Numbered from the stretch's first letter, positions 49,113 through 59,979 are shown. The stretch: DNA of 64,000 nucleotides from Sedimentisphaerales bacterium (GCA_963708075.1 OY970194.1:672001-736000), one strand, 5' to 3'. Notes: generated by a model from the sequence alone, not told the origin. Made by a program: numbers and translations.

Positions 49113-50174
49113 TCACGGTTGAATCCAGATGCCTTGGAAATGCTTCTCTTGGGGTACGGCACCGCCATCATCGGGATGGCCGGTCAGAAGCAGCAGCCTG
49201 CGTGAATTCTCGAAGGGAACAAGCGTTATGTCAATCGGCCCGTTGTCCATGAAGCTGGGTCGGCAGACCTGCTCCGGGGGATTGGCTTTCATGCCGGACC
49301 AACGATATAGAATGCAGGGACCGGCATTATCGTGTGGCTGTGCCGTAATGAAATACATCCCGTGAATAGGCGAGTACTCGAGGCCGGTGATTCCCAATCC
49401 GTCGAAATCCCAGAGCATCGCCTCGCCGAAGATTGGCTCAGCGCCCTTGTCCACCACGTCGGCGGCATTGTTCAGCGGCATCATGAGGGCGTGGGGCCTG
49501 CCCGTCATGACCCGCACCGGACGAGGATTGCGGAAACCGATGAAGAGAATATCCGTGTGCGGATCGGCACAGAGGGCCCCGATGTTGAGACCCTCTTTCG
49601 TCGGGGCCAGTCTCTGCCGCTGCTTCTCGGACAGTTCCTCCCGAAGTCGCATGGCTTTGTCCAGTCTCAGGGTGCTGACAGTGTTGAGGCCCGGCAGTTT
49701 ATCCAACAACGTCGTGCAGGGCTTGCCGACGGGCTCTATAACGAACTTGCCATTCTCTTCCTTTATTGCCGTAGCGAAGAAACGATACTTGCCGTGTCTG
49801 ATCTGCCCATGTTCGTCCCGGCTGTGGGAGGCAATCCAATAAACGCGGTCTGCGAACCTGGCAGCCCCCTGGACGTCTGCTGGCTCGCCGTTGAGGCCGA
49901 GGAATGCGGAGATATCGAAGCGTGCGATAGGGGCGGGGGAATCCGTGAGCCGGTAGACTCTCAGTATGTTATCCTGGCTGCTGGCGGCGATGAACGCATC
50001 TTCCGTCAGGGCTACCGCCGCTGAGACACGGTTCATTCCTTCATAGTTGTGCTTTTGCGGAACGGCATCCGCAGCAAAGCAGGCGACAGACCACAGGGTG
50101 GTGAGACACACTGCGATCATAACTATTGGCTTCATTCCTGTCTCCGTGGGCCCTGCGATGCTTGCGATCGTCAC
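49113..50174 (-). CDS. Secreted DUF3616-like beta-propeller protein
   Basis: Signal peptide; SAAVAL, DNILRVY, YWIASHSR, GLNIGAL, IGFRNP; start overlaps the upstream stop. Confidence 0.6.
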   Translation of the reverse strand: MTIASIAGPTETGMKPIVMIAVCLTTLWSVACFAADAVPQKHNYEGMNRVSAAVALTEDAFIAASSQDNILRVYRLTDSPAPIARFDISAFLGLNGEPADVQGAARFADRVYWIASHSRDEHGQIRHGKYRFFATAIKEENGKFVIEPVGKPCTTLLDKLPGLNTVSTLRLDKAMRLREELSEKQRQRLAPTKEGLNIGALCADPHTDILFIGFRNPRPVRVMTGRPHALMMPLNNAADVVDKGAEPIFGEAMLWDFDGLGITGLEYSPIHGMYFITAQPHDNAGPCILYRWSGMKANPPEQVCRPSFMDNGPIDITLVPFENSRRLLLLTGHPDDGGAVPQEKHFQGIWIQP

Positions 50175-52030
50175 CTGGTGAGCACGAATTCTGTAAGGTC
50201 GGCGATTTGCTCCTCGGTCAGTCCCGAGGTCTTGCCGTGCTTATTATCCGGGTTGCACACTGCCAACACGTCCCGGATTGTGGCCGCCCGTCCGTCGTGC
50301 AGGTATGGCGCTGTTCGCCAAACCTCGATAAGCGTCGGGGTATCAAACGCCTCGGTGGTCTCGGAGCCTGATCCGGTGCCCACGCTATATAGCTTCCCGT
50401 TCGTGTAGAGCGGCCCATTGTGGCAGGAGGCGCAGCCGGCCTCTTGAAAGACCTGCTGGCCTCGCAAGGCCGCCGGTCCCGGCTTTCCATCGACCCAATG
50501 CGGGCTTGGAATCGGTTGGAGCGATTCGAGGTACCGATCGATGGCGACGGCGTCACTTTCCGGCCGCACGGCAAACTGGATGTATCGGATGCCGGCGCGT
50601 ACGGCAACTTCGGCATTCTCGCGGACGCCCAGACTCATCGAGGGGGGCGTGCGATGCGCCAGGAGAAGGCTCTTGGTATTCTTGGGATTGCCGATGCCGT
50701 CATTGAGCAGGTCCCAGTTCAGAACATCCGCCCGCCCGGAGCCCGGATGGCAGCTTGCGCAGCTCTGCCACTGCTGGAAGCACAAATCGGCATCGTGGAA
50801 GAGCATCTCGCCTCGACGCACCTCGCTGAGGGGCACTGTCGGCTGCAAAGGCACCGACCTTGCCTTTGCCGGGACTGCCGCCGCCAGATCGACCACCCCC
50901 AGGCTATCCGTGAAGTACTCCGCGGCGAACGCCTTCGTTCCAACCACGGCCAGTCCACGCGGCCCCTTTCCCAATAGCGGCACCCGCTGTTTCAGGCCGA
51001 CCAGAAAGGAAAGGTCGTTGGGCACATCATCGGGTGTCCTCGCCACCGGCGTGATCTGCTCGCCCGCGGCCACTTTCGATAATCTGGTGTGGAGTCCCTC
51101 CCGGTCGATCAGGCATAGCTCATGTGTGCCGGATAGTGTAATAACCAGATGTTTGCCGTTTACGGTGCACGTAACACCCCAGGGATTGGCGGCGCCAAGG
51201 TCCACGTCATCGAGAAGGACTGTGTTGAGCCATTTCCTATTCTTCACGTCGATCACACTCAGGGCGTTTGTGTTGATCCAGCCCCGTTCGACCTGCGTTG
51301 TAGGAAGATGGTGGCGCCCGAGGACATGTGTTGTGTACGCGTACGCTCCGTCAGGAGACAGGCACAGGCCCTGCAAGCCGGTCGAGCCATTGGGCAACTC
51401 GATGGTGGCTATGGCCTTTCTCGTCTGCATGTCGAGCAGGGAAATTGTCGCAGCGATGCGCTCCCCGTCCGATCTGCCCGCGGGCAGATGATTGGCGACC
51501 ACGAGCGTGGAGCCATCCGGCGTGAGTGCCGCCGCGACCGGCTCCCGTTGTACCGGGATTCGCTCCAGCATCTTGCCGGAGAGAGCATCGACAACGGAGA
51601 CATCGTTGGTGAAGCGATTACAGACGTAGAGCGTCTTCCCATCAGGGCTCAGCACGGGGGAATTGGGCGTGTGCCCGGCTTTGGCGAGCAGCTTCGCTTG
51701 CCGCGTGGCCATATCCAGGGCGTACACTTCACCGGCGGGTGAGGCCGCTGTGACGTAAAGCTGCGAGGCATCCGGCGACAGTGCCATTCCACTCGGCAGG
51801 CAGGGCAGTGTGATTTCACCGAGGGGCTTCTCCGCGTTAGGATCGAAAATGATCAGCTTCTTGGACGTGGCGGTTGCCACGTACAGAGTGTTCCCTTTCC
51901 CGCCCACGAGGACGTGCGGCGAAAGATATTCTCCTGCCGGCTCCTCACCCGCCCACAGCAAGCAGGAGAGAAAGCACAGTCCCACAATACCCGCAATCGC
52001 GAACTTCATACAACAATCCTTATGCTTCAT
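50171..52030 (-). CDS. YVTN beta-propeller fused to a diheme cytochrome c peroxidase/MauG-like domain
   Basis: SPDGKTLYVCN-type repeats; two CASCH heme motifs; RGEMLF, TPTL...TAPYLHDG. Confidence 0.85.
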   Translation of the reverse strand: MKHKDCCMKFAIAGIVGLCFLSCLLWAGEEPAGEYLSPHVLVGGKGNTLYVATATSKKLIIFDPNAEKPLGEITLPCLPSGMALSPDASQLYVTAASPAGEVYALDMATRQAKLLAKAGHTPNSPVLSPDGKTLYVCNRFTNDVSVVDALSGKMLERIPVQREPVAAALTPDGSTLVVANHLPAGRSDGERIAATISLLDMQTRKAIATIELPNGSTGLQGLCLSPDGAYAYTTHVLGRHHLPTTQVERGWINTNALSVIDVKNRKWLNTVLLDDVDLGAANPWGVTCTVNGKHLVITLSGTHELCLIDREGLHTRLSKVAAGEQITPVARTPDDVPNDLSFLVGLKQRVPLLGKGPRGLAVVGTKAFAAEYFTDSLGVVDLAAAVPAKARSVPLQPTVPLSEVRRGEMLFHDADLCFQQWQSCASCHPGSGRADVLNWDLLNDGIGNPKNTKSLLLAHRTPPSMSLGVRENAEVAVRAGIRYIQFAVRPESDAVAIDRYLESLQPIPSPHWVDGKPGPAALRGQQVFQEAGCASCHNGPLYTNGKLYSVGTGSGSETTEAFDTPTLIEVWRTAPYLHDGRAATIRDVLAVCNPDNKHGKTSGLTEEQIADLTEFVLTR

Positions 52031-55000
52031 GGTTCCGAGCCCGGTTGATTCTGCGTATTTGCGTTCAGGATTCGCTCCTGCGGTCTTTCCGCGGCGAATC
52101 GTGGAGAATCATCCGCCTCGATGATAATGCGGAAACCCACATTGTACACCTTCTGCCAAGCCGGGTAGCTCAGTCGAAATGCCGACCGGCATCGCTTGGG
52201 ACGGTCATACCAGGAGCCGCCGCGGACGATTTTGTGGCTGCTCTCATCCATCTCATTTCTCCCATCGTTGGCCCGGTACGGATAGGCGGCATACGCGGAT
52301 CGCGTCCATTCCCAGGCGTTGCCGTGCATGTCATGCAGGCCCCATGCATTCGGGCGGTAGCTGCCCACCTGGGTCGTCACCAGCTCGCCGTCGTCGAATC
52401 GATCATCACGCGGGACAATATCCGGTGGAAGCTGGTCGCGGGCGTCATACGCCATGTCTCGCATCGTCACGTCAGCCATGTTCGCATATTCAGAGAAGTC
52501 CGTATTCAGGTCTCCATAGGACAGGTCGCTGTCCGCGCCGGCACGGCAGGCCCATTCCCACTGGGCCTCCGTCGGCAGGGTGACTTGCTCACCTGTTTGC
52601 CTGGACAGCCAGCGGCAGAACGTCACGGCCTCCTTCCAGGACACGCGCACGACAGGCTGCCTGGGCTGATTCAGCGGCCAGCCGAGGTCCCACTCATTGA
52701 ACATCCAGCTTCCCTTGTCCTGGAACCGGCTGTCGTGGCTCCGATCGAACTGCGAGAACTGCTCGTTGGTGATCTCAAACTGGCTCATCCAGAAGGGTTT
52801 GTCGATCCTGACGCGCGCCGCCGGTCTCTCGTCGCGCTCGCCGCGAGGATCGCCCATCACGAACTCGCCCGCGGGAACGTAGACAAGCTTCAGTTCCATG
52901 CCTTCGCCCAGCTTGATCGCGCGATGAATCTCCCCAAGCTTGGCCTGGCGGCTCTTGGCTTCATCTGCCCCAAAGGGCCAGCCGGGGACTTCGATGCGTT
53001 CGCCGGACGCTTTGGGCTCAGGTTCCGGGCGAACGGGCTCTATCGGCTGCTGGTGCATGGCCGGGTAGACTTCCGGGTCCTCCGCATCACCGCCGTAGAT
53101 GCGCCGCAGCTCGATGCGCCGCCTGTGATCGCTCTGCATTTTCTCCTGGCCGACGACTTCTCGCCACGTGCCGTGACACGGCGCGTTGAGATCGATCCAG
53201 ATGCAGATTCGTTCCCAGGCCTCTCTGTCGAGCCGGACGCCGTAATGGCCCTTCTTGAGCATTTGGACGAGCTCGCTCGTGTCGGCGTGGAACTCGCCCG
53301 GCGCCAGCAGGCGAAGATCGCTCTCCAGACCTCCGACCCTCACCAGACGGCGAAGGGCGATATAGGAGGGAGAAAAAACCCCGCCGTACTGCTTGACCAA
53401 CTGCTCGCGGGGGACATCGGAGATGATCCTGGCCCGAGGGTCACCATTCTTGTAGGCGATGAATCGACCCTGATCGCGGCGCAGGTCGGGCTCTGCTTCG
53501 CCGTCTCCTCTCGTCCCGTTGTGACAAGAGACACAGTATTTGTCGAGGACGGGCTGCACCTCGCGCTCGAAGCTGAACCCGCGGACCGGCCCGCGCCAGA
53601 GCTCGATTTCCACCGGTTTCTGCCGGCTGGCGATGGTCCTGCGGTTCGGAGGACCGGAATTCTGCTGCTCGTGGCAACCGACGCACGAGACAACCTCACC
53701 GGGCATAGCCGTAGTCCAGCTTCGCATAAGCTGCAGCGCGCGTCCCTGCTCGTCGAGCGGTTGAATGGAGATGGGTGTATTCGCCGGCACGCGAAAGAAC
53801 GCCGACCCATCCGCCTCGACTGGAACGGTCCCGAGGACGCGCTTGGGCTCCCACGGGCCGTCTGTTCCGACGCGATGGTTGATCCCTGCGACTCCATGGT
53901 ATGAGAATTGATACGTAAACAGGCGGAGTTGTTTGACCGCTCCTTGCGGGACTCCTTCCAGTCCAGGGCCGGCATAGATGTTCTCCATGTAGATCAATGC
54001 GTCTTTGCGGTCCAGGTCGACGCGGTCTGCAATCACCGGCGGTCTTGCGGTCCTGCGCAGTGGAATCGGTTCGAGCAGGGCATATCCTTCGATCTCCTTG
54101 ATGAGCGTGATGTTGTCGAAGATGTCCGCCAGGTAGATGCCCCACAGGTCGTCCGGCCGGGGTTTGCAGGAGACGAGGAAGTACTTGTCGCTCAGCGGCC
54201 AGGGATGGAGGAACTTGGGCCAGCTATCGAGGGTCAGCTTATCCTCGATGATCGGCTCGACTTTACGGCCGCGACCGGGGATGCGCTGCACGACTCCATC
54301 GGTGGACACCCGACCCAGTGCGGGGTCGAAGAGGGTCAACTCGCCGACCCGCCCGACGTGATGGCCGGTGACGATCCCGACGACCTCCGTCGGATGGTTC
54401 GGTATCGGCCGGGTGTAGAAGATCGAGTTCGGCCAGTAGCCGCCGCTGCCGTAGAACTCCCGCTGGCCTGTGCCGTCCGGGTTCATGGTGAACAGGAATC
54501 TCGCCCACACGTGCGGGATATCGGTGTACTCCCAACGCAGGTAGAGGATGCGTCCATCGTTCATGACGGTGGGGCAGAAGTTGTGGTCCTGCTCGAAACA
54601 GATCTGCCGAACGTTCTTACCGTCCGCGTCCATGATATAGCTCATGCCCACGTTCACACCGGTATTGCATGGGACGCCCTGGAAGGGCGCCGTGGAGATG
54701 AAGGCGATCCTTCCGTTGGGCAGATAGCACGAGTCGAAGTTGTGGACGTCGGGCTGGTCGGTGGGCGAAATCTGACGCAGCTTCCCCGTGGCGACATCGA
54801 TCTCGAAGATCTGCCAGAGGTTGCGGCCATCCGGCATGGAGAACATCAGTTTGCCGGCGTCGAAATGCAGGTCCATCTCGCTGACCAGCCGTCCCTGTGG
54901 CGGCCTGTAGAGCGTTGGCAACTCGCCCTCTGGCCGGACCGGCGAAAGGACCGCGATCTCATTGTCCCAACCATCCGTGTTCGTCATCGTGTGAAGCTGC

Positions 55001-55473
55001 CACGAGCTTTGCTGAGGCAGCCCGAGGAATTGGCCCAGGCTCTTGTCGTTCTCTTCATCCCCCTTGGCCCGCCGGGGATCGGAGAGCGGCTTCCGCTTGA
55101 GCAGCAGCAGGCGGTCGAAATCGAGCAGGGGATTCGACAGCAGGGCCTTTCGCTCCAAGGCAACGATCTGCCGGACCTGCTCGATGGCGGCTGCGTCACG
55201 GCGGCGAAGACCCTCACGGAGCTCAGGCAGCCGCCGCTCGAAATCCTGGGCCGCACGCAGGTATTCACCGCCTTGTGAGTAGTGATTCGGGAAGCTCTGC
55301 GTGAGATCCTGAATGGCCATCTTCAATGCGGGGAAGTTGACCCGTTCCAAGTCGCCTTGCGCCTTGATGAATGGGTCCGTCCCCGTGTCGCCGCGCACGG
55401 ACGCGCCCAGGCACAATGCAGCCAGCATGACGCCCACTGGCACTGCGTCTCTCAGCGTTAAGGATCGCGACAT
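52027..55473 (-). CDS. Hydrazine synthase alpha-like heme protein fused to an FGE/SUMF1 domain
   Basis: Signal peptide; GRILYLRWEYTD, MNPDGT, LGTVPVEADGSAFFRVPA, QLMRSW, CVGCHE, VQPVLDKYCVSCH; C-terminal LPTEAQWEWACRAG, GLHDMHGNAWEW, RGGSW, NVGFR. Confidence 0.85.
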   Translation of the reverse strand: MSRSLTLRDAVPVGVMLAALCLGASVRGDTGTDPFIKAQGDLERVNFPALKMAIQDLTQSFPNHYSQGGEYLRAAQDFERRLPELREGLRRRDAAAIEQVRQIVALERKALLSNPLLDFDRLLLLKRKPLSDPRRAKGDEENDKSLGQFLGLPQQSSWQLHTMTNTDGWDNEIAVLSPVRPEGELPTLYRPPQGRLVSEMDLHFDAGKLMFSMPDGRNLWQIFEIDVATGKLRQISPTDQPDVHNFDSCYLPNGRIAFISTAPFQGVPCNTGVNVGMSYIMDADGKNVRQICFEQDHNFCPTVMNDGRILYLRWEYTDIPHVWARFLFTMNPDGTGQREFYGSGGYWPNSIFYTRPIPNHPTEVVGIVTGHHVGRVGELTLFDPALGRVSTDGVVQRIPGRGRKVEPIIEDKLTLDSWPKFLHPWPLSDKYFLVSCKPRPDDLWGIYLADIFDNITLIKEIEGYALLEPIPLRRTARPPVIADRVDLDRKDALIYMENIYAGPGLEGVPQGAVKQLRLFTYQFSYHGVAGINHRVGTDGPWEPKRVLGTVPVEADGSAFFRVPANTPISIQPLDEQGRALQLMRSWTTAMPGEVVSCVGCHEQQNSGPPNRRTIASRQKPVEIELWRGPVRGFSFEREVQPVLDKYCVSCHNGTRGDGEAEPDLRRDQGRFIAYKNGDPRARIISDVPREQLVKQYGGVFSPSYIALRRLVRVGGLESDLRLLAPGEFHADTSELVQMLKKGHYGVRLDREAWERICIWIDLNAPCHGTWREVVGQEKMQSDHRRRIELRRIYGGDAEDPEVYPAMHQQPIEPVRPEPEPKASGERIEVPGWPFGADEAKSRQAKLGEIHRAIKLGEGMELKLVYVPAGEFVMGDPRGERDERPAARVRIDKPFWMSQFEITNEQFSQFDRSHDSRFQDKGSWMFNEWDLGWPLNQPRQPVVRVSWKEAVTFCRWLSRQTGEQVTLPTEAQWEWACRAGADSDLSYGDLNTDFSEYANMADVTMRDMAYDARDQLPPDIVPRDDRFDDGELVTTQVGSYRPNAWGLHDMHGNAWEWTRSAYAAYPYRANDGRNEMDESSHKIVRGGSWYDRPKRCRSAFRLSYPAWQKVYNVGFRIIIEADDSPRFAAERPQERILNANTQNQPGSEP

Positions 55474-55746
55474 GTCAGCTATCACCTCCCGAAAGGATCT
55501 GGTTGATACCTGTCGAAGCTTGCGTCCGAACGCAAGGAAGTCCGCAGCCCATTGTGAGAATGCGGCAATATACGCAGACAGTCTACACGTATCCGGATTA
55601 TAGCTGATTGCGGGAAGTATGCAAAGGGGCCTGCTTAGTAGCCATGTCAATAGCCGGTTTTCTGACGGGAAATTGAAGCGGTGTGTGGTAAGATACTGTG
55701 ATTCCAGATGACAGGATTGTGAAGGTTTCGTTGATGGAGGTCGAGA

Positions 55747-56595
55747 ATGTCGGACCGAAGCATGCCCACAGGCAGGATCGGCAATGTCACGATCAGCCGG
55801 CTGATCATCGGAGGAAATCAATTCAGCGGCTGGTCACACAGCCGAGACCTGAAGTATCTGCGGGAGCTGTTCAAAGCCTACGCCACGGAAGCGAAGATCA
55901 TGGATACCCTCCAGTTGGCGGAGGAGAACGGGATAAACACGATCATCACATCCTCCTCAGGCTACCTGAGCAAGTACTGGAAAGAGCGGGGCGGGCGGAT
56001 TCAGTGGATTGCCCAGGTTCATCCAAAGACGGACGACGTGACGAGCGATATCAAGAGGGCCATCGATGGCGGAGCCGTAGGCGCCTACGTGCAGGGTGGC
56101 GTGGGGGACAGCTTCGTCAAGGGCGGCCGCGTGGACCTTCTTGGCAAGGCGGTCGAGTTCATCAAAGAAAATCACCTGATCGCCGGGATCGGTGGGCACT
56201 CCATCGAAGTCCCGATAGCCGTTGAGAAGGCCTCGATCCGGCCTGATTTCTACATGAAGACCTTACACCACGACAACTACTGGTCCGCGACACCCAAAGA
56301 GGAAAGGGTCGAATTCAACGTGGATAGCAACGGGCCCAACGATCATGACAATATCTGGTCCGTCACACCGGAGAAGACCATTGAGTTCATGAAGGGTGTG
56401 CCCAAGTCGTGGATTGCCTTTAAGGTTTTGGCGGCGGGGGCGATTCATCCCAGGGACGGATTCAAATATGCCTTCGCCAATGGAGCAGATTTCATCTGCG
56501 TAGGCATGTTCGATTTCCAGGTCCGCGAGAATACCATCATTGTCAGGGACGCAATTGCCGGCGCCCAGAGCAGGCCGCGTCCTTGGCGAGCATAG
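55747..56595 (+). CDS. Conserved hypothetical protein, aldo/keto-reductase-like TIM barrel
   Basis: ISRLIIGGNQFSG.SH, WIAFKVLAAG, GADFICVGMFDFQ; GGAGG RBS. Confidence 0.6.
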   Translation: MSDRSMPTGRIGNVTISRLIIGGNQFSGWSHSRDLKYLRELFKAYATEAKIMDTLQLAEENGINTIITSSSGYLSKYWKERGGRIQWIAQVHPKTDDVTSDIKRAIDGGAVGAYVQGGVGDSFVKGGRVDLLGKAVEFIKENHLIAGIGGHSIEVPIAVEKASIRPDFYMKTLHHDNYWSATPKEERVEFNVDSNGPNDHDNIWSVTPEKTIEFMKGVPKSWIAFKVLAAGAIHPRDGFKYAFANGADFICVGMFDFQVRENTIIVRDAIAGAQSRPRPWRA

Positions 56596-56611
56596 TGACG
56601 GAGCAACTAAA

Positions 56612-56650
56612 GACGGGCCCACATTCCGGATCGTCCGGTGTGGGCCCGTC
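56612..56650 (-). terminator. Intrinsic terminator hairpin between convergent genes
   Basis: GACGGGCCCACA...TGTGGGCCCGTC 12-bp stem followed by TTTAGTT on the minus strand, after the HU gene. Confidence 0.65.
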
Positions 56651-56674
56651 CAGATGATCTATGCTCCGGGTGGC

Positions 56675-56998
56675 TTAGACCATGTCTTTCAGGCTCTTCA
56701 TGGCGCGAATCTTCACGACATTCCGCGCCGGCTTGGCCTTGAACATGGTTTTTTCGCCGGTGAAGGGATTGATGCCCTCGCGGGCTTTGGTCGCAGGTTT
56801 GCGAATCACCAGCAGCTTCATCAAGCCCGGGACCGTGTACGAGCCGGGACCGTTGCGGCCGAGGCCCTTTTTGATCTGGCCCGCCATCGCCTCAAACACA
56901 GAGGCCACTTGTTTCTTCGTCAATCCGGTCGCATCGGCGATACCGGAAACGATCTCGCTCTTGGTCATTGGTTTTGTGCCTGGCTTCTCTTTTGCCAT
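56675..56998 (-). CDS. hup: HU family DNA-binding protein
   Basis: MTKSEIV..IA..TGLTKKQV, PGL, AREGINPFTGE, KAKPA. Confidence 0.92.
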   Translation of the reverse strand: MAKEKPGTKPMTKSEIVSGIADATGLTKKQVASVFEAMAGQIKKGLGRNGPGSYTVPGLMKLLVIRKPATKAREGINPFTGEKTMFKAKPARNVVKIRAMKSLKDMV

Positions 56999-57184
56999 AA
57001 CTCATGGCCTCCTTACACTAAGTAGAACACGAAAACTATCCCGATACACGTCACGGACTCCACTGACTCACTGCGGGAATCCTCATCATGCATATGCGCT
57101 TTTGCCGCGTCTGTCAAGCAAGAATATGCTGCGAAATATACGATTTTCTCGGGAATTTTAACTAATGTGACCTCAGGGGGCGGC

Positions 57185-59938
57185 TCATTGGTCCCTCAGC
57201 CAGACGCTGGAGCTGACAGAACGGCGGCCGCGACGGTCGGGACTGGCGGTTGGACCGCCGCCCTCTGAACTGCCGGACGCTGCGGAGTCACGGTTGGTCC
57301 GCGCATAGTTGGGGATCGCCGTCAATGGAGATCCGTCGGCCCAGGCGCCCTTGATGACGAGCACTCCGCCGAGCAAATCTCCCTTCCACTCAGTAGTCAG
57401 GGCAGATTTGGGATCAAGGACCTTGGTAATATCCTGGTCAACCTGCTCGGCGCTGTAAATCAACGGGCCGTACCGCAGGGCCACACGGCCGCTCGTGGCG
57501 GCGATCTTGTCGCTGGCCTTGATTCTCTGAACTTTCATCGGCAGCACCAGATCGATCTTGTCGCCGGCTTTCCAGTTCCGGGTGATTACGGCGTAGCCTT
57601 TTTCAACGGTTGGTGTGATCGAGGAGCCGTTGACGGAGATCGAACTGATTCCGTTGGATTCGGGCGTGCCGGTGTAGAGCTCGCTGACACTGCGGTCCGG
57701 GACGCGGATCCTGATGCTGAAGCTCTTCTGGGCGGCAGGATTGACGGTGATGGACACGTTGCTGCTCCAGGGATAATCCGTCTTCTGAGTTATCTGCACG
57801 TCCGTGCCGGCGACTTTCTCTACGGTCATCGTGCTGCCGATGAAGAGATTGACGTAGATCCCGTCATCGCTCTTGACATACGTCCAGGTGGGCAGCATCA
57901 GCAATGTCCGGGGAATATTGCCGACGCAGCAGGGGCACGCGTGCCACGGGTATCGAGGGCTGCGCGAATCAAGCGGGTTCTGGTAATAGAAATTCTCGCC
58001 TTCCAGATCGACCGAGCCCAGCAGTGCATTGTACAGCGACTCCTCGTAAAGATCCGCGTACTTGGCGTCATGGTAGGCTATGTTCATCTTGTACTGGAAG
58101 AAGATCAGGCCGCACGTCGAACACGATTCGCAGTAGGCATCGTGTCGCAGCGAGTAGTCGGGGCCGAAACCTTCGGAGGTTTCGCCGCTGCCGATACCCC
58201 CGGTGACGTAGTATTTCCTGTTCACCATACTGTCCCACAGGCTCATCACGGCGCTCTGATAATCCGCATCGTGCGTCTCTGCGGCCACATCCGCCATGGC
58301 CGAGTAACTGTAAGCAGCGCGTACGGCGTGGCCCACTGCCTCGTATTGCTGCTGTGGTGGCACGTGGCTCTGATCGTATTCGCTGCCGTCGCGGCGGCAA
58401 TCGAGCAGGAACTTGGCCAGCTTGATGTAGCTGTCGCCATGGCTGCCCGAGCCTTCCATGTCGTTCACAAATCGCCCGAATCGCACGAGGGCCTGCTCCA
58501 TCTCCTGGTGTCCATCGTACCAGTCTTTCTTCCCGGGGCCGAGATTGGCGACCCAGCAGTCGGCCAGCTTCTTGGCCGCGTCGTACAGCCGCTTGTCCGT
58601 GCCGTTGGTCAGCGTGTAGTGGTTGATCGCCGACTCGATGAAGTAGCCGGCGACATACCCTTCGTGGTCGCCTCGATTACGCGGAGACCATCGCTCGGGC
58701 CAGTGGTTGCGGTCAGCCAACGTGTAGGCTGTCTGCAGATAGCCATCGGGCTCCTGGGCGGCCAGGATCTTGGGAATCCAGTCCTCCAGTGTTGCCTTCA
58801 TCCGTTCCTGGGCCTTGATGATGTCACGATCGCCTTTGGGATCGACCATCAGCGCGATACTCATCGACTCGATCGTCTGGTGGACCCAGGCATTAGAGAA
58901 CACGTAGCCTTTGTGCGGGCCATGCGCTTCGCCGCGAAGTGCCTTGGCCGCCTCGGTGAAATTGTCAATACCACCGGCGCCGCCGTCACGCGGTATATCC
59001 GTTCTGTTGATCTGATCGATGCAGTGGGGGATCCAGTTCACGATCAGTGCCTTGGCTCTCGCGTTCCACAGCGGGTTGTCAATCGTGTATTTCTTCGTAT
59101 AGACCACGTCCAGACGATCCTTTGGCGGCGGCAGAACCACCTTGACAGCCAGCGTGGAAGAATCGCTCAGCGAGGCCTTGCCCGCCGTCAGCTTGAGGAC
59201 GTATTCGCCCACGGCGGAGAAGGTCGCTGTCGTCGTCGGCTCGCCGGCATTTGCGAACGCGACCTCGCCGGGGCCGGATTCCTTGCTCCAGACCACGGTC
59301 GGGGATGTCCCGCCTTTGCCGGCCAGTGTCTTCATCGTTCCGTTCAGGTAAGTCTTTCCCCCGAGCACAACGCAGCGGTCGATGCCCGCCGTAACCATCG
59401 GGGGAAACTCGGGCGACTTGCCCGAATCATAGACCTTCCATTCCAGAACACCGGTCGAGAAGGTGTCGTTGGAGTCGATCTCCAGCCGGAGCTTGGACGT
59501 GGCGGTTTCATCGAACGTCGTGGTGTTGTACTGGTTTCTCGCCACCCCCAAGCCGGATGGATTGGCCACGGGAACGAACGCGCTGCCGTCCCACCGCAGC
59601 AGTCGGCATGCCTTCGGCACGTTGACGCCCTGGCCATCCGCCCACCAGTACACATCGATCTTGCTAGTGCTGATGGGCTGGCTCCAATCGTACTGCACCC
59701 ACTGGGTGCCTCTTCTGGGCCAGTTGCCGTACGAGCCCCGGCGGGCGTCACGCGAACTCCGCGGATCGTAGCCATCGTTGAGGGCCGTGGTCCGCGTGTC
59801 GCCGGACACATACGAGCTGGACGGCTGCGCCACGGCGGCCAGGTTCACACCCGCGGATTCAGCCGCGGGCTTCTCCCGTGCAGAAGCCGTGCAGAAGAAG
59901 ACCACGCCCACGAACACCGACACTGACGTTACTCTCAT
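57185..59938 (-). CDS. GH127 beta-L-arabinofuranosidase-like enzyme with N-terminal discoidin-like and PKD-like domains
   Basis: HEGY.AGYFIE, GHQE, GHAVRA, YVTGGIG, EGFG, YCESC, CPCC. Confidence 0.88.
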   Translation of the reverse strand: MRVTSVSVFVGVVFFCTASAREKPAAESAGVNLAAVAQPSSSYVSGDTRTTALNDGYDPRSSRDARRGSYGNWPRRGTQWVQYDWSQPISTSKIDVYWWADGQGVNVPKACRLLRWDGSAFVPVANPSGLGVARNQYNTTTFDETATSKLRLEIDSNDTFSTGVLEWKVYDSGKSPEFPPMVTAGIDRCVVLGGKTYLNGTMKTLAGKGGTSPTVVWSKESGPGEVAFANAGEPTTTATFSAVGEYVLKLTAGKASLSDSSTLAVKVVLPPPKDRLDVVYTKKYTIDNPLWNARAKALIVNWIPHCIDQINRTDIPRDGGAGGIDNFTEAAKALRGEAHGPHKGYVFSNAWVHQTIESMSIALMVDPKGDRDIIKAQERMKATLEDWIPKILAAQEPDGYLQTAYTLADRNHWPERWSPRNRGDHEGYVAGYFIESAINHYTLTNGTDKRLYDAAKKLADCWVANLGPGKKDWYDGHQEMEQALVRFGRFVNDMEGSGSHGDSYIKLAKFLLDCRRDGSEYDQSHVPPQQQYEAVGHAVRAAYSYSAMADVAAETHDADYQSAVMSLWDSMVNRKYYVTGGIGSGETSEGFGPDYSLRHDAYCESCSTCGLIFFQYKMNIAYHDAKYADLYEESLYNALLGSVDLEGENFYYQNPLDSRSPRYPWHACPCCVGNIPRTLLMLPTWTYVKSDDGIYVNLFIGSTMTVEKVAGTDVQITQKTDYPWSSNVSITVNPAAQKSFSIRIRVPDRSVSELYTGTPESNGISSISVNGSSITPTVEKGYAVITRNWKAGDKIDLVLPMKVQRIKASDKIAATSGRVALRYGPLIYSAEQVDQDITKVLDPKSALTTEWKGDLLGGVLVIKGAWADGSPLTAIPNYARTNRDSAASGSSEGGGPTASPDRRGRRSVSSSVWLRDQ

Positions 59939-59979
59939 TTGGAAATCTCCTCTGTCTGTCATGCTAATCGGGGAAGACT

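Noticed and set aside
50171..55473. True anammox hydrazine synthase
   Set aside because: The FGE-domain fusion, absence of other anammox genes and saccharolytic context point to a distant homolog.
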